From an uncultured Chitinophagales bacterium (lineage in GTDB: Bacteria > Bacteroidota > Rhodothermia > Balneolales > CAYWCV01): 64,000 nucleotides of DNA. Under the pieces are notes generated by a model that was not told the origin of the DNA, made no database searches, and saw only the letters and a list, made by a program, of their open reading frames with translations. A program made the position numbers and the translations under genes. Location: NCBI GenBank assembly GCA_964456845.1, contig CAYWCV010000001.1:30771-94770 (forward strand). Direction: 5' to 3'. This document shows positions 36,551 to 47,527 of this stretch, piece after piece. Position 1 is the first letter of the stretch. Each line of letters opens with the position of its first letter.

Positions 36551-39500
36551 TTACTGTGGCTCGTAGTTTAGTATGGGAGACAGCCACCGTTCCATGTCTT
36601 CCACGTCAAAGCCCTTTCGCATCGCATAATCACGTACCTGGTCGGCACCAATTTTGCCGACGGTGAAGTAGTCGGCGTCCGGGTGGGAAAAATAGATCCC
36701 GGAGACCGATGCTGCTGGGTACATCGCGAAATGCTCCGTCAATATGATGTTCGTACGCTCAGTTGCTTCAAGCAACTCGAACAAGGTCCCTTTTTCAGTG
36801 TGGTCTGGTTGAGCCGGGTAACCTGGGGCGGGGCGGATCCCTCTGTATGACTCACGGATAAGCTCATCGTTGCTGAAGTGCTCGTCAGGGCTGTAACCCC
36901 ATAGAACTTTTCGTGTGTGTTCATGCGCATATTCAGCAAAAGCCTCAGCAAGTCGGTCGGCAAGCGACTTGAGGAGGATCGATTTGTAGTCGTCGTGGTC
37001 TGCAGCAAACACCTCTAGCAGAGGTTCGATCCCCAAACCGGCCGTGACGGCAAAACCACCGATGTAATCTGGGGTTCCGGAATCGACAGGAGCTATGAAA
37101 TCGGAAAGCGCTTTATTGGGTTGGCCTTCACGTTTTTGCGACTGCTGCCTGATGGTGTGGAGCCTCGTCAACTCTGCCGTGCGGCTCTCGTCAGTATATA
37201 TGATGATATCGTCGCCACTGCTATTGGCAGGGTATAATCCGACCACGCCACGACAGACCAATGAATTGCTTTTCTCCAACTCGTCGAGCATTTGGTTGGC
37301 ATCGTCGAGCAGCTGGCGCGCATCGGCACCAACTGTAGGGTCATCGAGAATGGCAGGATATTTTCCGCTCAGTTGCCATGTGATAAAAAACGGTGTCCAA
37401 TCGATGTATGGCCTCAGGGTACTGACGGTCACATTAAGATCAACCACTCCCAAAGTTTCGGGTACAGGAGGTTCATAATTACCCCAGTCAATCTTTGTGG
37501 CATTGTTTCTGGCTGACTGGATGTCAAGGTATTCCTTCGATGTCCCGCGAGATGCCAGCTGTGAGCGCAGAAGCGCGTAATCGCTTCGGATATCATCAAG
37601 AAAGGCAGAAGACTTGTCGGTGTTGATCAAACTGGACACAACCGGAACGCTACGGGATGCATCGAGCACGTGAACGACCGCGCCGCTGTAATTTGGGGCG
37701 ATCTTCGCTGCAGTATGCATTCTGCTGGTTGTGGCGCCGCCGATAAGCAGGGGTGTCTTCATACCCCTGCGTTCCATTTCGCGGGCCACGTGAACCATCT
37801 CGTCGAGCGAGGGTGTAATGAGGCCGCTCAGGCCGATAATGTCTGCGCCGATTCGCTGCGCCTCATCGAGGATTTTGTCGGCCGCCACCATTACGCCAAG
37901 GTCGGTCACCTCGAAATTGTTGCATGCAAGCACAACGCCTACGATGTTCTTCCCGATGTCGTGGACATCTCCTTTAACGGTTGCAAGTAGGATCTTGGCC
38001 TGTGCAGAAACTAGATCCGACTTGACTTTTTCGGCCTCAATGTACGGAATAAGATGCGCCACCGACTTCTTCATCACACGGGCACTCTTCACGACTTGGG
38101 GCAAGAACATCTTGCCGTCGGCAAACAGGTCGCCCACAACGTTCATGCCATCCATCAACGGACCTTCGATCACCTTAATCGGACTGTCGACCATCAGACG
38201 CGCTTCTTCAGTGTCCAGCTCGATATAGTCTGATATGCCCTTGACGAGTGCATGCTTCAACCTCTCGTTTACTGGAGCTTCCCGCCATGTCAGATCTGGC
38301 CCAGTGCTGTGCGATTGTCCGGATGTTTCACCCATGGCATCGGCGAAGGCTACCAGGCGCTCGGTAGAGTCGGGCCTTCGGTCAAACAGGACATCCTCAA
38401 CCAGCACAAGCAGCTCGCGGTCAATTTCTTCATACACTTCCAACTGGCCGGCATTGACGATGCCCATGTCAAGTCCCGCTTTGATGGCATGGTACAGAAA
38501 TGCGGCGTGCATGGCCTCACGCACTCTGTCGTTACCTCTGAAAGAGAACGATATATTGCTCACACCTCCGCTCACCTTCACTCCGGGGAGATGCTTCTTG
38601 ATCCATTTTGTCGCCTCGATAAAATCGATCGCATATCGGCGATGCTCCTCGATACCCGTGGCGACCGTCAAAATGTTGGGGTCGAAAATGATGTCGTTGG
38701 GCGGAAACCCTGCCTTCTCGGTCAAGAGATGCCACGCCCTCTTGCAAATTTCTGTTCGCCGTTCGAACGTGTCTGCTTGACCCTGTTCGTCGAATGCCAT
38801 CACCACAACGGCCGCGCCGTATTCACGAATGATGCGTGCCTGGTCCAAGAAAACATCTTCACCTGATTTGAGGCTGATCGAATTGACGATCGATTTGCCT
38901 TGGACACATTTCAAGCCGGCCTCCAGAACCTCCCATTTGCTCGAGTCGATCATGAACGGGACCTTGCAGATATCGGGTTCTGCGGCCAAAAGATTCAGAT
39001 ACGTCGTCATTGCCGCTACCGAGTCGAGCATGCCCTCGTCCATGTTGACATCGATGATCTGAGCACCATTTTCGACCTGTTGGCGTGCAACTTCCACCGC
39101 TTCTTCGTAGGCGCCGCCGAGCACTAGGCGAGCAAACTTCCTCGAACCTGTCACGTTGGTCCTTTCGCCGACATTCACAAAGTTGCTGTCGGTACGAACG
39201 ATCAGAGGCTCAAGACCGCTCAACGAAAAAGTTGTCGAAGGCGATGGGATTGATCGGGGCCTGACTCCACGTACAGCCTCAGCCATCGCCGAGATGTGCT
39301 CTGGTCGCGTGCCACAGCAGCCACCAGCAATGTTGATCATCCCCTCCTTGGCGTACGAGCCAATTACCTCAGCCATAAATGCGGCAGACTCGTCATACTC
39401 ACCGAAGGCATTTGGTAAGCCGGCGTTGGGGTAGAGGCTCACTGCAACCGATGCCATTTGCGACAAGGCCTGGAGGTGCGGGCGCATTTGGGCAGATCCC

Positions 39501-40237
39501 AAGGCACAGTTCAGACCCACGCTTACGAGATCGGTTGTGTGGGCGATCGACAACCAGAAGGCCTCGGGCGTTTGACCCGACAAGGTCCTGCCGCTAGCGT
39601 CCGTGATCGTGCCCGATATCATCACGGGCACGCGCACACCACGACTCCTAGTTTCATTTGCCACCGCGCGGATGGCCGCCTTGCAGTTCAAGGTGTCGAA
39701 TACCGTTTCGATGAGGAGAATGTCGACACCGCCGTCGAGAAGCCCTTTGACCTGCACCTGGTAGGCATCCATGAGCTGGTCGAACGATATGGCCCTGTAG
39801 CCGGGATTGTTCACGTCCGGCGACATGCTGAGCGTGCGGTTCGTGGGGCCAATTGCCCCTGCGACAAACCTCTCAGAGCCGCCCTTCAGCACAAAGTCAG
39901 AAACGGCGGCTCGTGCCAACTTGGCAGCCTCCAGATTGAGCTCGTAGGCCAGATCCTGCTGATCGTAGTCGGCCAGAGAGATTGCATTCGAGTTGAACGT
40001 ATTCGTCTCGATGATATCCGAACCCGCCTCGAGGAAGGAACGATGTATGCCCCTGATCATGTCGGGCTGCGTAAGTGTGAGCAAATCGTTGTTGCCCTTT
40101 AGGTCAACATGCCACCCACTGAAGCGCGTGCCTCTGTAAACCTGCTCGTCCGGCCTGAACTGCTGGATCATCGTACCCATGGCCCCGTCAAGGAGCAGGA
40201 TACGTTGGCCCAGCAAATGGCGTAGTTTCGTTATCAA
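36551..40237 (-). CDS. metH: cobalamin-dependent methionine synthase
   Basis: 1228 aa. All modules are readable: Hcy-binding (GGCCGT), pterin-binding, the B12-binding DVHDIGKN motif and an AdoMet reactivation domain. Confidence 0.95.
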   Translation of the reverse strand: MITKLRHLLGQRILLLDGAMGTMIQQFRPDEQVYRGTRFSGWHVDLKGNNDLLTLTQPDMIRGIHRSFLEAGSDIIETNTFNSNAISLADYDQQDLAYELNLEAAKLARAAVSDFVLKGGSERFVAGAIGPTNRTLSMSPDVNNPGYRAISFDQLMDAYQVQVKGLLDGGVDILLIETVFDTLNCKAAIRAVANETRSRGVRVPVMISGTITDASGRTLSGQTPEAFWLSIAHTTDLVSVGLNCALGSAQMRPHLQALSQMASVAVSLYPNAGLPNAFGEYDESAAFMAEVIGSYAKEGMINIAGGCCGTRPEHISAMAEAVRGVRPRSIPSPSTTFSLSGLEPLIVRTDSNFVNVGERTNVTGSRKFARLVLGGAYEEAVEVARQQVENGAQIIDVNMDEGMLDSVAAMTTYLNLLAAEPDICKVPFMIDSSKWEVLEAGLKCVQGKSIVNSISLKSGEDVFLDQARIIREYGAAVVVMAFDEQGQADTFERRTEICKRAWHLLTEKAGFPPNDIIFDPNILTVATGIEEHRRYAIDFIEATKWIKKHLPGVKVSGGVSNISFSFRGNDRVREAMHAAFLYHAIKAGLDMGIVNAGQLEVYEEIDRELLVLVEDVLFDRRPDSTERLVAFADAMGETSGQSHSTGPDLTWREAPVNERLKHALVKGISDYIELDTEEARLMVDSPIKVIEGPLMDGMNVVGDLFADGKMFLPQVVKSARVMKKSVAHLIPYIEAEKVKSDLVSAQAKILLATVKGDVHDIGKNIVGVVLACNNFEVTDLGVMVAADKILDEAQRIGADIIGLSGLITPSLDEMVHVAREMERRGMKTPLLIGGATTSRMHTAAKIAPNYSGAVVHVLDASRSVPVVSSLINTDKSSAFLDDIRSDYALLRSQLASRGTSKEYLDIQSARNNATKIDWGNYEPPVPETLGVVDLNVTVSTLRPYIDWTPFFITWQLSGKYPAILDDPTVGADARQLLDDANQMLDELEKSNSLVCRGVVGLYPANSSGDDIIIYTDESRTAELTRLHTIRQQSQKREGQPNKALSDFIAPVDSGTPDYIGGFAVTAGLGIEPLLEVFAADHDDYKSILLKSLADRLAEAFAEYAHEHTRKVLWGYSPDEHFSNDELIRESYRGIRPAPGYPAQPDHTEKGTLFELLEATERTNIILTEHFAMYPAASVSGIYFSHPDADYFTVGKIGADQVRDYAMRKGFDVEDMERWLSPILNYEPQ

Positions 40238-40264
40238 CTCAGATTGCCAAAAAAGCGTCCAATA

Positions 40265-40990
40265 TCAACCAATTGCCGCCTTGAAGTTTCTGGCAACTTC
40301 ATCCCAATTGATCACGTTGAACCAATTGTTGACGTACTCGCCCCTGCGGTTCTGATACTTCAAGTAATAGGCGTGCTCCCACACGTCGATTGCCAACAGT
40401 GGAACGGAAGTCCACTGGGTGAGGTCTTGGTGCTTCTCAGCCTGCAGTATCACAAGACGGTTTCCGATGGGCTCAAAGGCTAGAACACCCCATCCGCTCG
40501 CTTCCACAGCGGTGGAGGCGGCGACGAAATGCTTGCGGAAATTCTCGTAGGAACCAAATGACGCATCGATGGCGGCAACCAACTCCGGATCGGTGGGAAC
40601 ATTGTCGCCAGATGTTGCCGGCGCCATCGTGTTCCAGAAGATGACGTGCAGCAAGTGACCGGCACCATGGAAGGCCAACTCGCGCGACCAGTGCTTGACC
40701 AGGCTGTAGTCGCCGGATGCATGCGCCTCCTCCAACTTGGCGATGGCATTGTTCAATCCGTTCACATACCCAAGGTGGTGTATGTCGTGGTGCAGACGCA
40801 TGGTCTGCGCGTCGATATGGGGCTCAAGCGCCTCATAGGGGTATGGCAGGGGGGGAAGCTCGTATTTGCGCGTCTCAGGGTTGTACATCTTCCAACTTGC
40901 GGATGCCCGCTGGAACAGCCCGCCCGTCGCCAAGACTCCAAGCGTGCCGGCCGAAAGTTTTAACATGTCTCTTCTGTTGATGGTGCTCAT
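40265..40990 (-). CDS. sodA: Fe/Mn superoxide dismutase with a twin-arginine signal peptide
   Basis: The start is taken at MSTINRRDMLKLSAGTLGVLATGGLFQRASA (ATG at 40990). SOD motifs are LPYPYEALEPHID, HHDIHH and DVWEHAYYL. It lies 27 nt upstream of metH on the same strand. Confidence 0.9.
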   Translation of the reverse strand: MSTINRRDMLKLSAGTLGVLATGGLFQRASASWKMYNPETRKYELPPLPYPYEALEPHIDAQTMRLHHDIHHLGYVNGLNNAIAKLEEAHASGDYSLVKHWSRELAFHGAGHLLHVIFWNTMAPATSGDNVPTDPELVAAIDASFGSYENFRKHFVAASTAVEASGWGVLAFEPIGNRLVILQAEKHQDLTQWTSVPLLAIDVWEHAYYLKYQNRRGEYVNNWFNVINWDEVARNFKAAIG

Positions 40991-41169
40991 AAGATGCTCA
41001 TACTTGGTTAGGTTTATCGGATATGCCCCAATAAATACTGCATACAAAAGGTATGTAATCTAAACAGGATTGCGTTGCAGATCAAGGCAAATGTTTCTTG
41101 GCAAACACCAGTTTAGCTTGTTTCGATCCGTACCTATCGTTTATATTAAAGGAGTTCTTTTCAACACAT

Positions 41170-41338
41170 GCGTTCTGTGGTTTGGCTTCGTCATCAAGCC
41201 AACGAAAAGGGAATTCCGTACAATTCGGAAGCTGTACCCGCAACTGTAAGCAACAATTAGCCTGGCAAGTCACTGAGAAACACTCGGGAAGGCTTGCCGA
41301 TACAGGCGTTGCAAGCCAGGAGACCTGCCCCAGGACAT
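41170..41338 (+). promoter_or_regulatory. cobalamin (B12) riboswitch
   Basis: The conserved core AAAAGGGAATTCCGTACAATTCGGAAGCTGTACCCGCAACTGTAAGC is present. So are GTCACTG...CTCGGGAAGGC and the B12 box GCAAGCCAGGAGACCTGCC (41311-41329). A P1 candidate pairs GTTCTGTGG with CCCCAGGAC. The element ends 36 nt before the receptor ATG. Confidence 0.8.
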
Positions 41339-41373
41339 AACACCAACTTTCGGGAATAAAAGTACAAGGGTGT

Positions 41374-43302
41374 ATGAAAACACATCGCATTGCGTGGCAG
41401 CGCACATTCTGTCTCATTGTTATATCAGTCGGAATTCTATCGCATCTGGCACCTACAAATGTTCAAGGGCAGGTACGCAGCGACAGCCTTCCGGAGGTGC
41501 AAGTGATAAGCACGCGCTACAGGGTTCCGGCCATTGAGCAGCCGCAGCAGGTCATGATCATCGGGCGAGAGCTGCTGAGCAACACAACCGCTCGAGACCT
41601 GGTTTCCTTGCTTTCACTCTACGGGCATGCTTATCTGCGTTCATACGGGCCAGGCCTGGCCGCCGGGCTCACCCAACGAGGATTTGGCACCACCTCATTT
41701 CAAGTCGTAAGAGACGGTTTCGCGCTCAATCAACCCATGCACGGTCAAGTTGACATGGCGTTGATCCCGGTTGCCGCACTAGGATTTGCTGAGATCGCAA
41801 CCGCAAACACATCAACCACATATGGAAGTGCCGCATCCGGAGGCAGCCTGCTTTTGGGCACCGACTGGAATCAAGGATGGTCTGCATCACATGAGCGTGG
41901 ACCTTGGGGTTATCAGGAAACGCATGGGTCCGTAATAGGCGATCTTGGCGCAGTCACGGTCGCATTGAATGCCGGCGTCACTGCAAGTGACAACAATTTT
42001 GAATACGAAGGCATTGAGCAAGAATCGATGCTTCGCCGAAACAACAACAGTCTCGACAAAAAATGGTTGCAGCTGGGCTCCTTGATATCAAACAACAAAA
42101 TGACTGTGCGTACCAACCTGTATGCCCACACGGCCGACAGGGGTATTCCCGACCCGATCAACTTTGCTGGCACCTTGGGATCCCAGAAGGATGAGGAGGT
42201 GCGAATAACTTCGGACGTCTCGGGTTCCGGCGACGATTCGAGGTGGACCGTATCGGGCCAATTGTGGCAAAGCAGACTTCTCTACGACGACAGTTGGCTC
42301 ACCGAAACAAGTTACAACCGGGTGAGGGGAGCATCTGTTTCACTGAACTACAACCATGATCCGGCACCATGGTTCGACATCTCGTCGATGGTAGGTGTCG
42401 AGGCGATTGCCGTCAACACGAATAACTACGATTCGCCCGAGTCTCGCAATGCCATGCAGGCGTCCCTGCGGGGGATCGTGCGTTTGCCTTTGCATCTCCT
42501 GCTGTTTCCGGCTGCGAGAATCGATGTGATCGAAGATGTGGGTGCTGCCGTCAGCCCATCAATTGGACTGAACAAGGCCATCGTCTCAGATGTGTTACAC
42601 CTACGGTCGCAATGGAGTTATAATTTTACCGCGCCGACACTCAACGACCAGTTCTGGAATTACGGCGGCAATCGGGATTTAGAGTCGGAAAGGGCGCACA
42701 AGGCAGATATTGGATTCCATTTCAAGGAGGTCTTTGGTTCCACAAGCATCGACTGGCAGTTGCAGTCGTATCTGACAAGGGCTAAGAACGGAATCATCTG
42801 GCAACCCGGCGAAGGGGGCATGTGGTCGCCCGTCAACCTGCAGGAGATGCATGGACACGGCGTTGAACAAAGTGTGAATGTCTCTGCTCGTGTCAGCGAG
42901 CTCAAGATCCATCTCGGCACCCAGGCCACTTGGAACAGGGCATACATTCCACGGTCTCGCTTCGAGGGTGACCTGGCCGTTGACAAGCAGCTCCGCTACT
43001 TACCGTCCTGGATGTTTCGTGTTCAAGGTGGTGCTCAGTACAAGTTTGCATCATTAAACGCCGAACTGTCATACAACGGGAAAAGATTCAGCAGCGAAGA
43101 TCACAATGGTCCATCCGACCCCATGCCGGCATACACCGTTGCCAACATCAGCACACAATTTCGCATGGCCATGGCAGGCTTCGAACCCTCGTTGCGACTT
43201 AGCCTTGTCAATGCGTTTGACTCCAGATACAGCACGATAGCTTGGTATCCCATGCCTGGTCGACATCTGCTTATCGCTCTTAGAGTTAAACGTAAAAACT
43301 AA
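41374..43302 (+). CDS. TonB-dependent receptor, BtuB-like (inferred from the riboswitch)
   Basis: 642 aa with a signal peptide, a plug region (VQVISTRYRVP...IIGRELL) and a beta-barrel composition. It lies directly downstream of the B12 riboswitch. Confidence 0.8.
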   Translation: MKTHRIAWQRTFCLIVISVGILSHLAPTNVQGQVRSDSLPEVQVISTRYRVPAIEQPQQVMIIGRELLSNTTARDLVSLLSLYGHAYLRSYGPGLAAGLTQRGFGTTSFQVVRDGFALNQPMHGQVDMALIPVAALGFAEIATANTSTTYGSAASGGSLLLGTDWNQGWSASHERGPWGYQETHGSVIGDLGAVTVALNAGVTASDNNFEYEGIEQESMLRRNNNSLDKKWLQLGSLISNNKMTVRTNLYAHTADRGIPDPINFAGTLGSQKDEEVRITSDVSGSGDDSRWTVSGQLWQSRLLYDDSWLTETSYNRVRGASVSLNYNHDPAPWFDISSMVGVEAIAVNTNNYDSPESRNAMQASLRGIVRLPLHLLLFPAARIDVIEDVGAAVSPSIGLNKAIVSDVLHLRSQWSYNFTAPTLNDQFWNYGGNRDLESERAHKADIGFHFKEVFGSTSIDWQLQSYLTRAKNGIIWQPGEGGMWSPVNLQEMHGHGVEQSVNVSARVSELKIHLGTQATWNRAYIPRSRFEGDLAVDKQLRYLPSWMFRVQGGAQYKFASLNAELSYNGKRFSSEDHNGPSDPMPAYTVANISTQFRMAMAGFEPSLRLSLVNAFDSRYSTIAWYPMPGRHLLIALRVKRKN

Positions 43303-43649
43303 TTATGGCATTACGCATTCTACGATATGAAATAACAATAAAAAAATACATATAAGCACAAAAATATAATAGTTTATAACTTTTTGTTTATTCTCTGCTT
43401 TAGATGCACTATACATGTGCCAACACGATAAATATTGCTGTTGATAAACGATAGCTATAAGATAACACGATTATACGTCGAATATAATAATGCGTAACTA
43501 AAAGAGAGACAGTGCGTTACGTTTTTATCTCTGTTTGTGCTGCCATTCATATTTCGAATTGTCGACCTTTAAAAAATCTGGCGTTACATCATTCGGTTTT
43601 TCGCACTGCATGGAAGCGATTTCATGGTCTGTTGATAACTCCTGCATTT

Positions 43650-43658
43650 TGTGGATAA
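43650..43658 (-). promoter_or_regulatory. perfect DnaA-box 9-mer (TTATCCACA on the minus strand)
   Basis: TGTGGATAA is read directly on the plus strand. Same-orientation one-mismatch copies TGTTGATAA occur at 43630-43638 and 43439-43447. All three lie in the AT-rich nrdJ upstream spacer. Confidence 0.35.
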
Positions 43659-43825
43659 ATAGATGATTTTTTAATTGATGCGCCCAGCCGCGTCGGATAT
43701 ATTGCCCTTCGACCCTGCAGCACTGGTTTGCATCATGTGTCGATATTCCACGAGTGTCACTCCAAAAGACTACTCCTACTGACAAACCTGAAAGACTCTG
43801 ACTAGAGACAAAATTTTACGCACCT

Positions 43826-46800
43826 ATGATCTGCCCGCGCCACTTTACTGAAGCAAGTTGGAAGACGCCATACGACGGCATCACATTCGATACACGCACA
43901 TCTGAGATCAAGAACCCCGACGGCTCACGGGTTTTCCTTATGGAAAACGTCGAAGTGCCCAAGGCTTGGTCGCAAGTGGCTACTGACATCATAGCACAGA
44001 AGTACTTCAGAAAGGCTGGAGTACCTGCCGTTCTCAAGAAGGTGGCCGAGAAGGGTGTGCCGAAGTGGCTTCAAAGGTCCGAAGCCGACACCGATGCACT
44101 GTCAAAGTTGCCGGAAGGGGAGCGTTTCAGGAACGAAAAAGACTCTAGGGAGGTGTTCCACCGCTTGGCGGGATGTTGGACATACTGGGGCTGGAAGTAC
44201 AGCTATTTCAACACCGAGGACGACGCCAAGGCATTCTACGACGAAATGTGCTTCATGCTCGCCAAGCAGATGGCGGCACCGAATTCGCCACAATGGTTCA
44301 ACACCGGGCTTCATTGGGCCTATGGAATAAACGGTCCTGCACAAGGCCACTATTATGTGGATGGCAACACCGGCAAACTGATGCGATCGGAGGATGCGTA
44401 CACACATCCCCAGCCACACGCCTGTTTCATCCAAGGCATCAGCGACGACCTCGTGAACGAGGGTGGCATCATGGACCTATGGGTACGCGAGGCTCGTTTG
44501 TTCAAATACGGATCAGGCACTGGAACCAACTTCTCGGACCTGAGGGGTTCGACCGAACCACTGAGTGGCGGCGGAAAATCATCCGGCCTGATGAGCTTCC
44601 TCAAGATTGGCGACCGCGCGGCGGGTGCCATCAAGTCGGGCGGCACCACGCGCCGTGCCGCGAAGATGGTAACCCTCGATCTGGACCACCCCGACATCGA
44701 AGAGTACATCAACTGGAAAGTGGTTGAGGAACAGAAGGTGGCCGCACTGGTATCCGGTTCGAAGACCATCGAGAAGTACCTGAAGCAGGTCATCCAGCTG
44801 TGCCATAAGCCGATCGAAATCGAAGGCCGCACCTACAACGGTGCCGTGAGCAGAGATCCCCGCAAGAACAAGGAGCTTGCCGCCGTGATACGCAAGGCGA
44901 AAGAGGCGGAAGTGCCGCTCAACTATGTCGAGCGCGTGATCCAGCTGGCAGCACAAGGGTTTACCGACATCGAGTTCGACACCTACGACACCGACTGGAA
45001 TTCTGAGGCGTATGCCACTGTCAGTGGCCAGAACTCGAACAACTCCGTGCGTATACCGAACAGCTTCATGAAGGCTGTAAGGGATAACGGTGATTGGCAT
45101 TTATACGGACGCATCGAGAAAAAGAAGGCGGCAGCGGAAGGGCGCAGTCCAAAACCGCTCAAGACCCTCAAGGCCAAGGAGCTGTGGGACGATATCGCCT
45201 ATGCGGCCTGGGCATGTGCCGATCCAGGAACCCAATACCACGACACTATCAACGAGTGGCACACCTGCCCCGAGGACGGTGAGATCCGAGCCTCGAACCC
45301 GTGCAGCGAGTACATGTTCCTCGACAATACGGCTTGCAACTTGGCGTCGCTCAACCTGATGACATTTTATGACCAGGCAACAGGATTATTTGACGTTGAG
45401 TCGTATCGATACGCATCCCGTCTGTGGACCATCGTGCTTGAGATCTCCGTTCTCATGGCCCAGTTCCCATCACGCGAAATCGCCGAGCTTTCGTATGAGT
45501 TCCGTACGCTCGGGCTCGGATACGCCAACATCGGCACATTGCTGATGGTGCAGGGAATCCCCTACGACAGCAAGGAGGCCATGGCAATAACCGGTGCTTT
45601 GACTGCTATCATGCATATGTCGAGTTACGCAACCAGTGCGGAACTGGCGGCAGAGTTGGGTCCATTCCCCGGTTATCAACGCAACAAAGAGCATATGCTG
45701 CGCGTGATCAGGAACCACCGCAGGGCCGCTTGGAACGCCGCTCCCGAAGAGTATGAAGGCCTCACGATCAAACCCCTAGGCATCGACGCAAGCGTTTGCC
45801 CCGAATACTTGCTCAAGGCTGCAAGGGAAGACTCCGACCGCGCCCTCAAACTTGGGGAAAAGCACGGATACCGCAATGCACAGGTCACCGTTATCGCGCC
45901 GACAGGCACCATCGGTCTGGTGATGGATTGCGACACTACGGGCATCGAACCCGACTTTGCCTTGGTCAAATTCAAGAAGCTTGCCGGCGGAGGTTACTTC
46001 AAGATCATCAACTCATCAGTACCGGCAGCACTTAAACGACTGGGGTACAATGAGCAACAAACGGATGCCATTATCAAGTATGCAAAAGGCCACGGATCTC
46101 TGAAAGGTTGCAAACCCGTCAGCATCGAGGCGCTTAAGGCACGCGGATTTACCGACGAAGTGATCGACCAAGTCGAGAAGGCTCTGCCGGGTGTGTTCGA
46201 CATCAAGTTCGCTTTTAACCAGTGGGTGCTTGGCGAAGACTTCTGCAAGGATGTACTTGGACTTACTGAACAGCAACTCGGCGATTGGAACTTCAACCTC
46301 CTAGCTGAACTCGGTTTTTCAAACCGTGAAATCGAGGCTGCCAACGATTACGTTTGCGGAACAATGACCGTGGAGGGTGCCCCATACCTTAAGGACGAGC
46401 ACCTGCCCGTATTCGACTGCGCCAACAAGTGCGGACGCATCGGCACACGGTACATATCAGCTGAGGGGCACATCATGATGATGGCCGCAGCGCAGCCGTT
46501 TATTTCTGGCGCCATCTCGAAAACCATCAACCTGCCGAACGAGGCAAATGTGGAAGACTTCAAGTCTGCCTACATGCAGTCGTGGGAGATGATGCTTAAG
46601 GCTAACGCACTGTATCGTGACGGCTCCAAACTCAGTCAGCCACTCAACACCACCTCCGGAATTGCGAGCGTGCTCGACGAGCCAGAGCCCCAACAAGTCG
46701 TTGCAGATCCGCAGACCCTGGTAGCTCAAGACAAAGTCGTACAAACGGCCGAACGCATCATACACAAGTACATGGCAGGGCGTCGCCGTCTGCCGACAAG

Positions 46801-47455
46801 GCGCGGTGGATACACCCAAAAAGCAAAAATCGGCGGACAAAGCGTCTACCTGAGAACCGGTGAATATGAAAACGGCCAAATTGGTGAGATATTCATCGAT
46901 ATGCACCGCGAAGGCGCCGCTTTCCGAAGCCTGATGAACTGCTTCGCCATTTCGATCAGTCTCGGCTTGCAACACGGTGTGCCGCTCGAAGAATTTGTGG
47001 ATGCATTCGTGTTCACACGCTTCGAACCAAGCGGCATGGTTGTGGGCAACCCACAGATCAAGATGTCGACATCCGTCATCGACTACATTTTCAGGGAACT
47101 GGCGGTTACCTACCTCGGAAGGGACGACCTCGCGCATGTCAGCCCCGAAGAAACGTTTCAACGCACACTCCGGCCAGTTGACGGCGAAGAAGACGCAGAC
47201 ACCACAGCTCCTCTTTCAGCCGTGGCTGATGCCATCTCAATGAAGGCCCCCGTCGAGAACGAAACCGTTGCCTCCTACACACCGTCCATACACAGTGGCA
47301 CCGACAACCGCACCAAGATGCAGTCGGATGTCGACAGGGCCAAACAGCTTGGATACACGGGCGACTCATGCTCTGAGTGCGGCAACATGACCTTAGTTCG
47401 CAATGGTACGTGCCTTAAGTGTAACACATGTGGAGCAACTAGCGGGTGCTCCTGA
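43826..47455 (+). CDS. nrdJ: adenosylcobalamin-dependent (class II) ribonucleotide reductase
   Basis: 1209 aa. The N-terminus is [14 protein letters not shown], the thiyl-radical loop is [21 protein letters not shown], and the C-terminal Cys-rich tail is CSECG...CLKCNTCG. Confidence 0.93.
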   Translation: MICPRHFTEASWKTPYDGITFDTRTSEIKNPDGSRVFLMENVEVPKAWSQVATDIIAQKYFRKAGVPAVLKKVAEKGVPKWLQRSEADTDALSKLPEGERFRNEKDSREVFHRLAGCWTYWGWKYSYFNTEDDAKAFYDEMCFMLAKQMAAPNSPQWFNTGLHWAYGINGPAQGHYYVDGNTGKLMRSEDAYTHPQPHACFIQGISDDLVNEGGIMDLWVREARLFKYGSGTGTNFSDLRGSTEPLSGGGKSSGLMSFLKIGDRAAGAIKSGGTTRRAAKMVTLDLDHPDIEEYINWKVVEEQKVAALVSGSKTIEKYLKQVIQLCHKPIEIEGRTYNGAVSRDPRKNKELAAVIRKAKEAEVPLNYVERVIQLAAQGFTDIEFDTYDTDWNSEAYATVSGQNSNNSVRIPNSFMKAVRDNGDWHLYGRIEKKKAAAEGRSPKPLKTLKAKELWDDIAYAAWACADPGTQYHDTINEWHTCPEDGEIRASNPCSEYMFLDNTACNLASLNLMTFYDQATGLFDVESYRYASRLWTIVLEISVLMAQFPSREIAELSYEFRTLGLGYANIGTLLMVQGIPYDSKEAMAITGALTAIMHMSSYATSAELAAELGPFPGYQRNKEHMLRVIRNHRRAAWNAAPEEYEGLTIKPLGIDASVCPEYLLKAAREDSDRALKLGEKHGYRNAQVTVIAPTGTIGLVMDCDTTGIEPDFALVKFKKLAGGGYFKIINSSVPAALKRLGYNEQQTDAIIKYAKGHGSLKGCKPVSIEALKARGFTDEVIDQVEKALPGVFDIKFAFNQWVLGEDFCKDVLGLTEQQLGDWNFNLLAELGFSNREIEAANDYVCGTMTVEGAPYLKDEHLPVFDCANKCGRIGTRYISAEGHIMMMAAAQPFISGAISKTINLPNEANVEDFKSAYMQSWEMMLKANALYRDGSKLSQPLNTTSGIASVLDEPEPQQVVADPQTLVAQDKVVQTAERIIHKYMAGRRRLPTRRGGYTQKAKIGGQSVYLRTGEYENGQIGEIFIDMHREGAAFRSLMNCFAISISLGLQHGVPLEEFVDAFVFTRFEPSGMVVGNPQIKMSTSVIDYIFRELAVTYLGRDDLAHVSPEETFQRTLRPVDGEEDADTTAPLSAVADAISMKAPVENETVASYTPSIHSGTDNRTKMQSDVDRAKQLGYTGDSCSECGNMTLVRNGTCLKCNTCGATSGCS

Positions 47456-47490
47456 CAATTTTCGATCAACACAAGGTTGATTAGTGGACA

Positions 47491-47527
47491 AGCCCGGTAG
47501 CCCCGAAAAGGCGCCGGGCTTTTTTTA
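47491..47527 (+). terminator. rho-independent terminator after nrdJ
   Basis: AGCCCGGTAGCC / GGCGCCGGGCT form a hairpin followed by TTTTTT. The T-run includes the stop codon of the convergent cyclase gene. Confidence 0.7.

Noticed and set aside
41082-41417. A 111-aa minus-strand ORF and an 80-aa plus-strand ORF between sod and the TonB-dependent receptor.
   Set aside because: They lie over the cobalamin riboswitch, whose conserved core and B12 box explain the sequence conservation expected here.
43404-43421. GCACTATACATGTGC as a possible NrdR box upstream of nrdJ.
   Set aside because: It resembles the NrdR consensus (acaCwAtATaTwGtgt) but is one nt short and only partly palindromic. I could not find the expected second box at about three helical turns. 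The support is too weak to call.
43489-43527. The CGTAAC...GTTACG hairpin plus TTTTT as a terminator for the TonB-dependent receptor gene.
   Set aside because: It has only a 6-7 bp stem with a 17-nt loop and lies 190 nt past the stop codon. It is plausible but too weak to annotate.
43525-43785. An 86-aa minus-strand ORF inside the nrdJ upstream spacer.
   Set aside because: It has no recognisable motif, signal or TM segment. It spans the DnaA-box cluster and likely promoter/5'-UTR sequence, and its composition tracks the intergenic AT content. It might still be a real small gene, which only conservation analysis could show.
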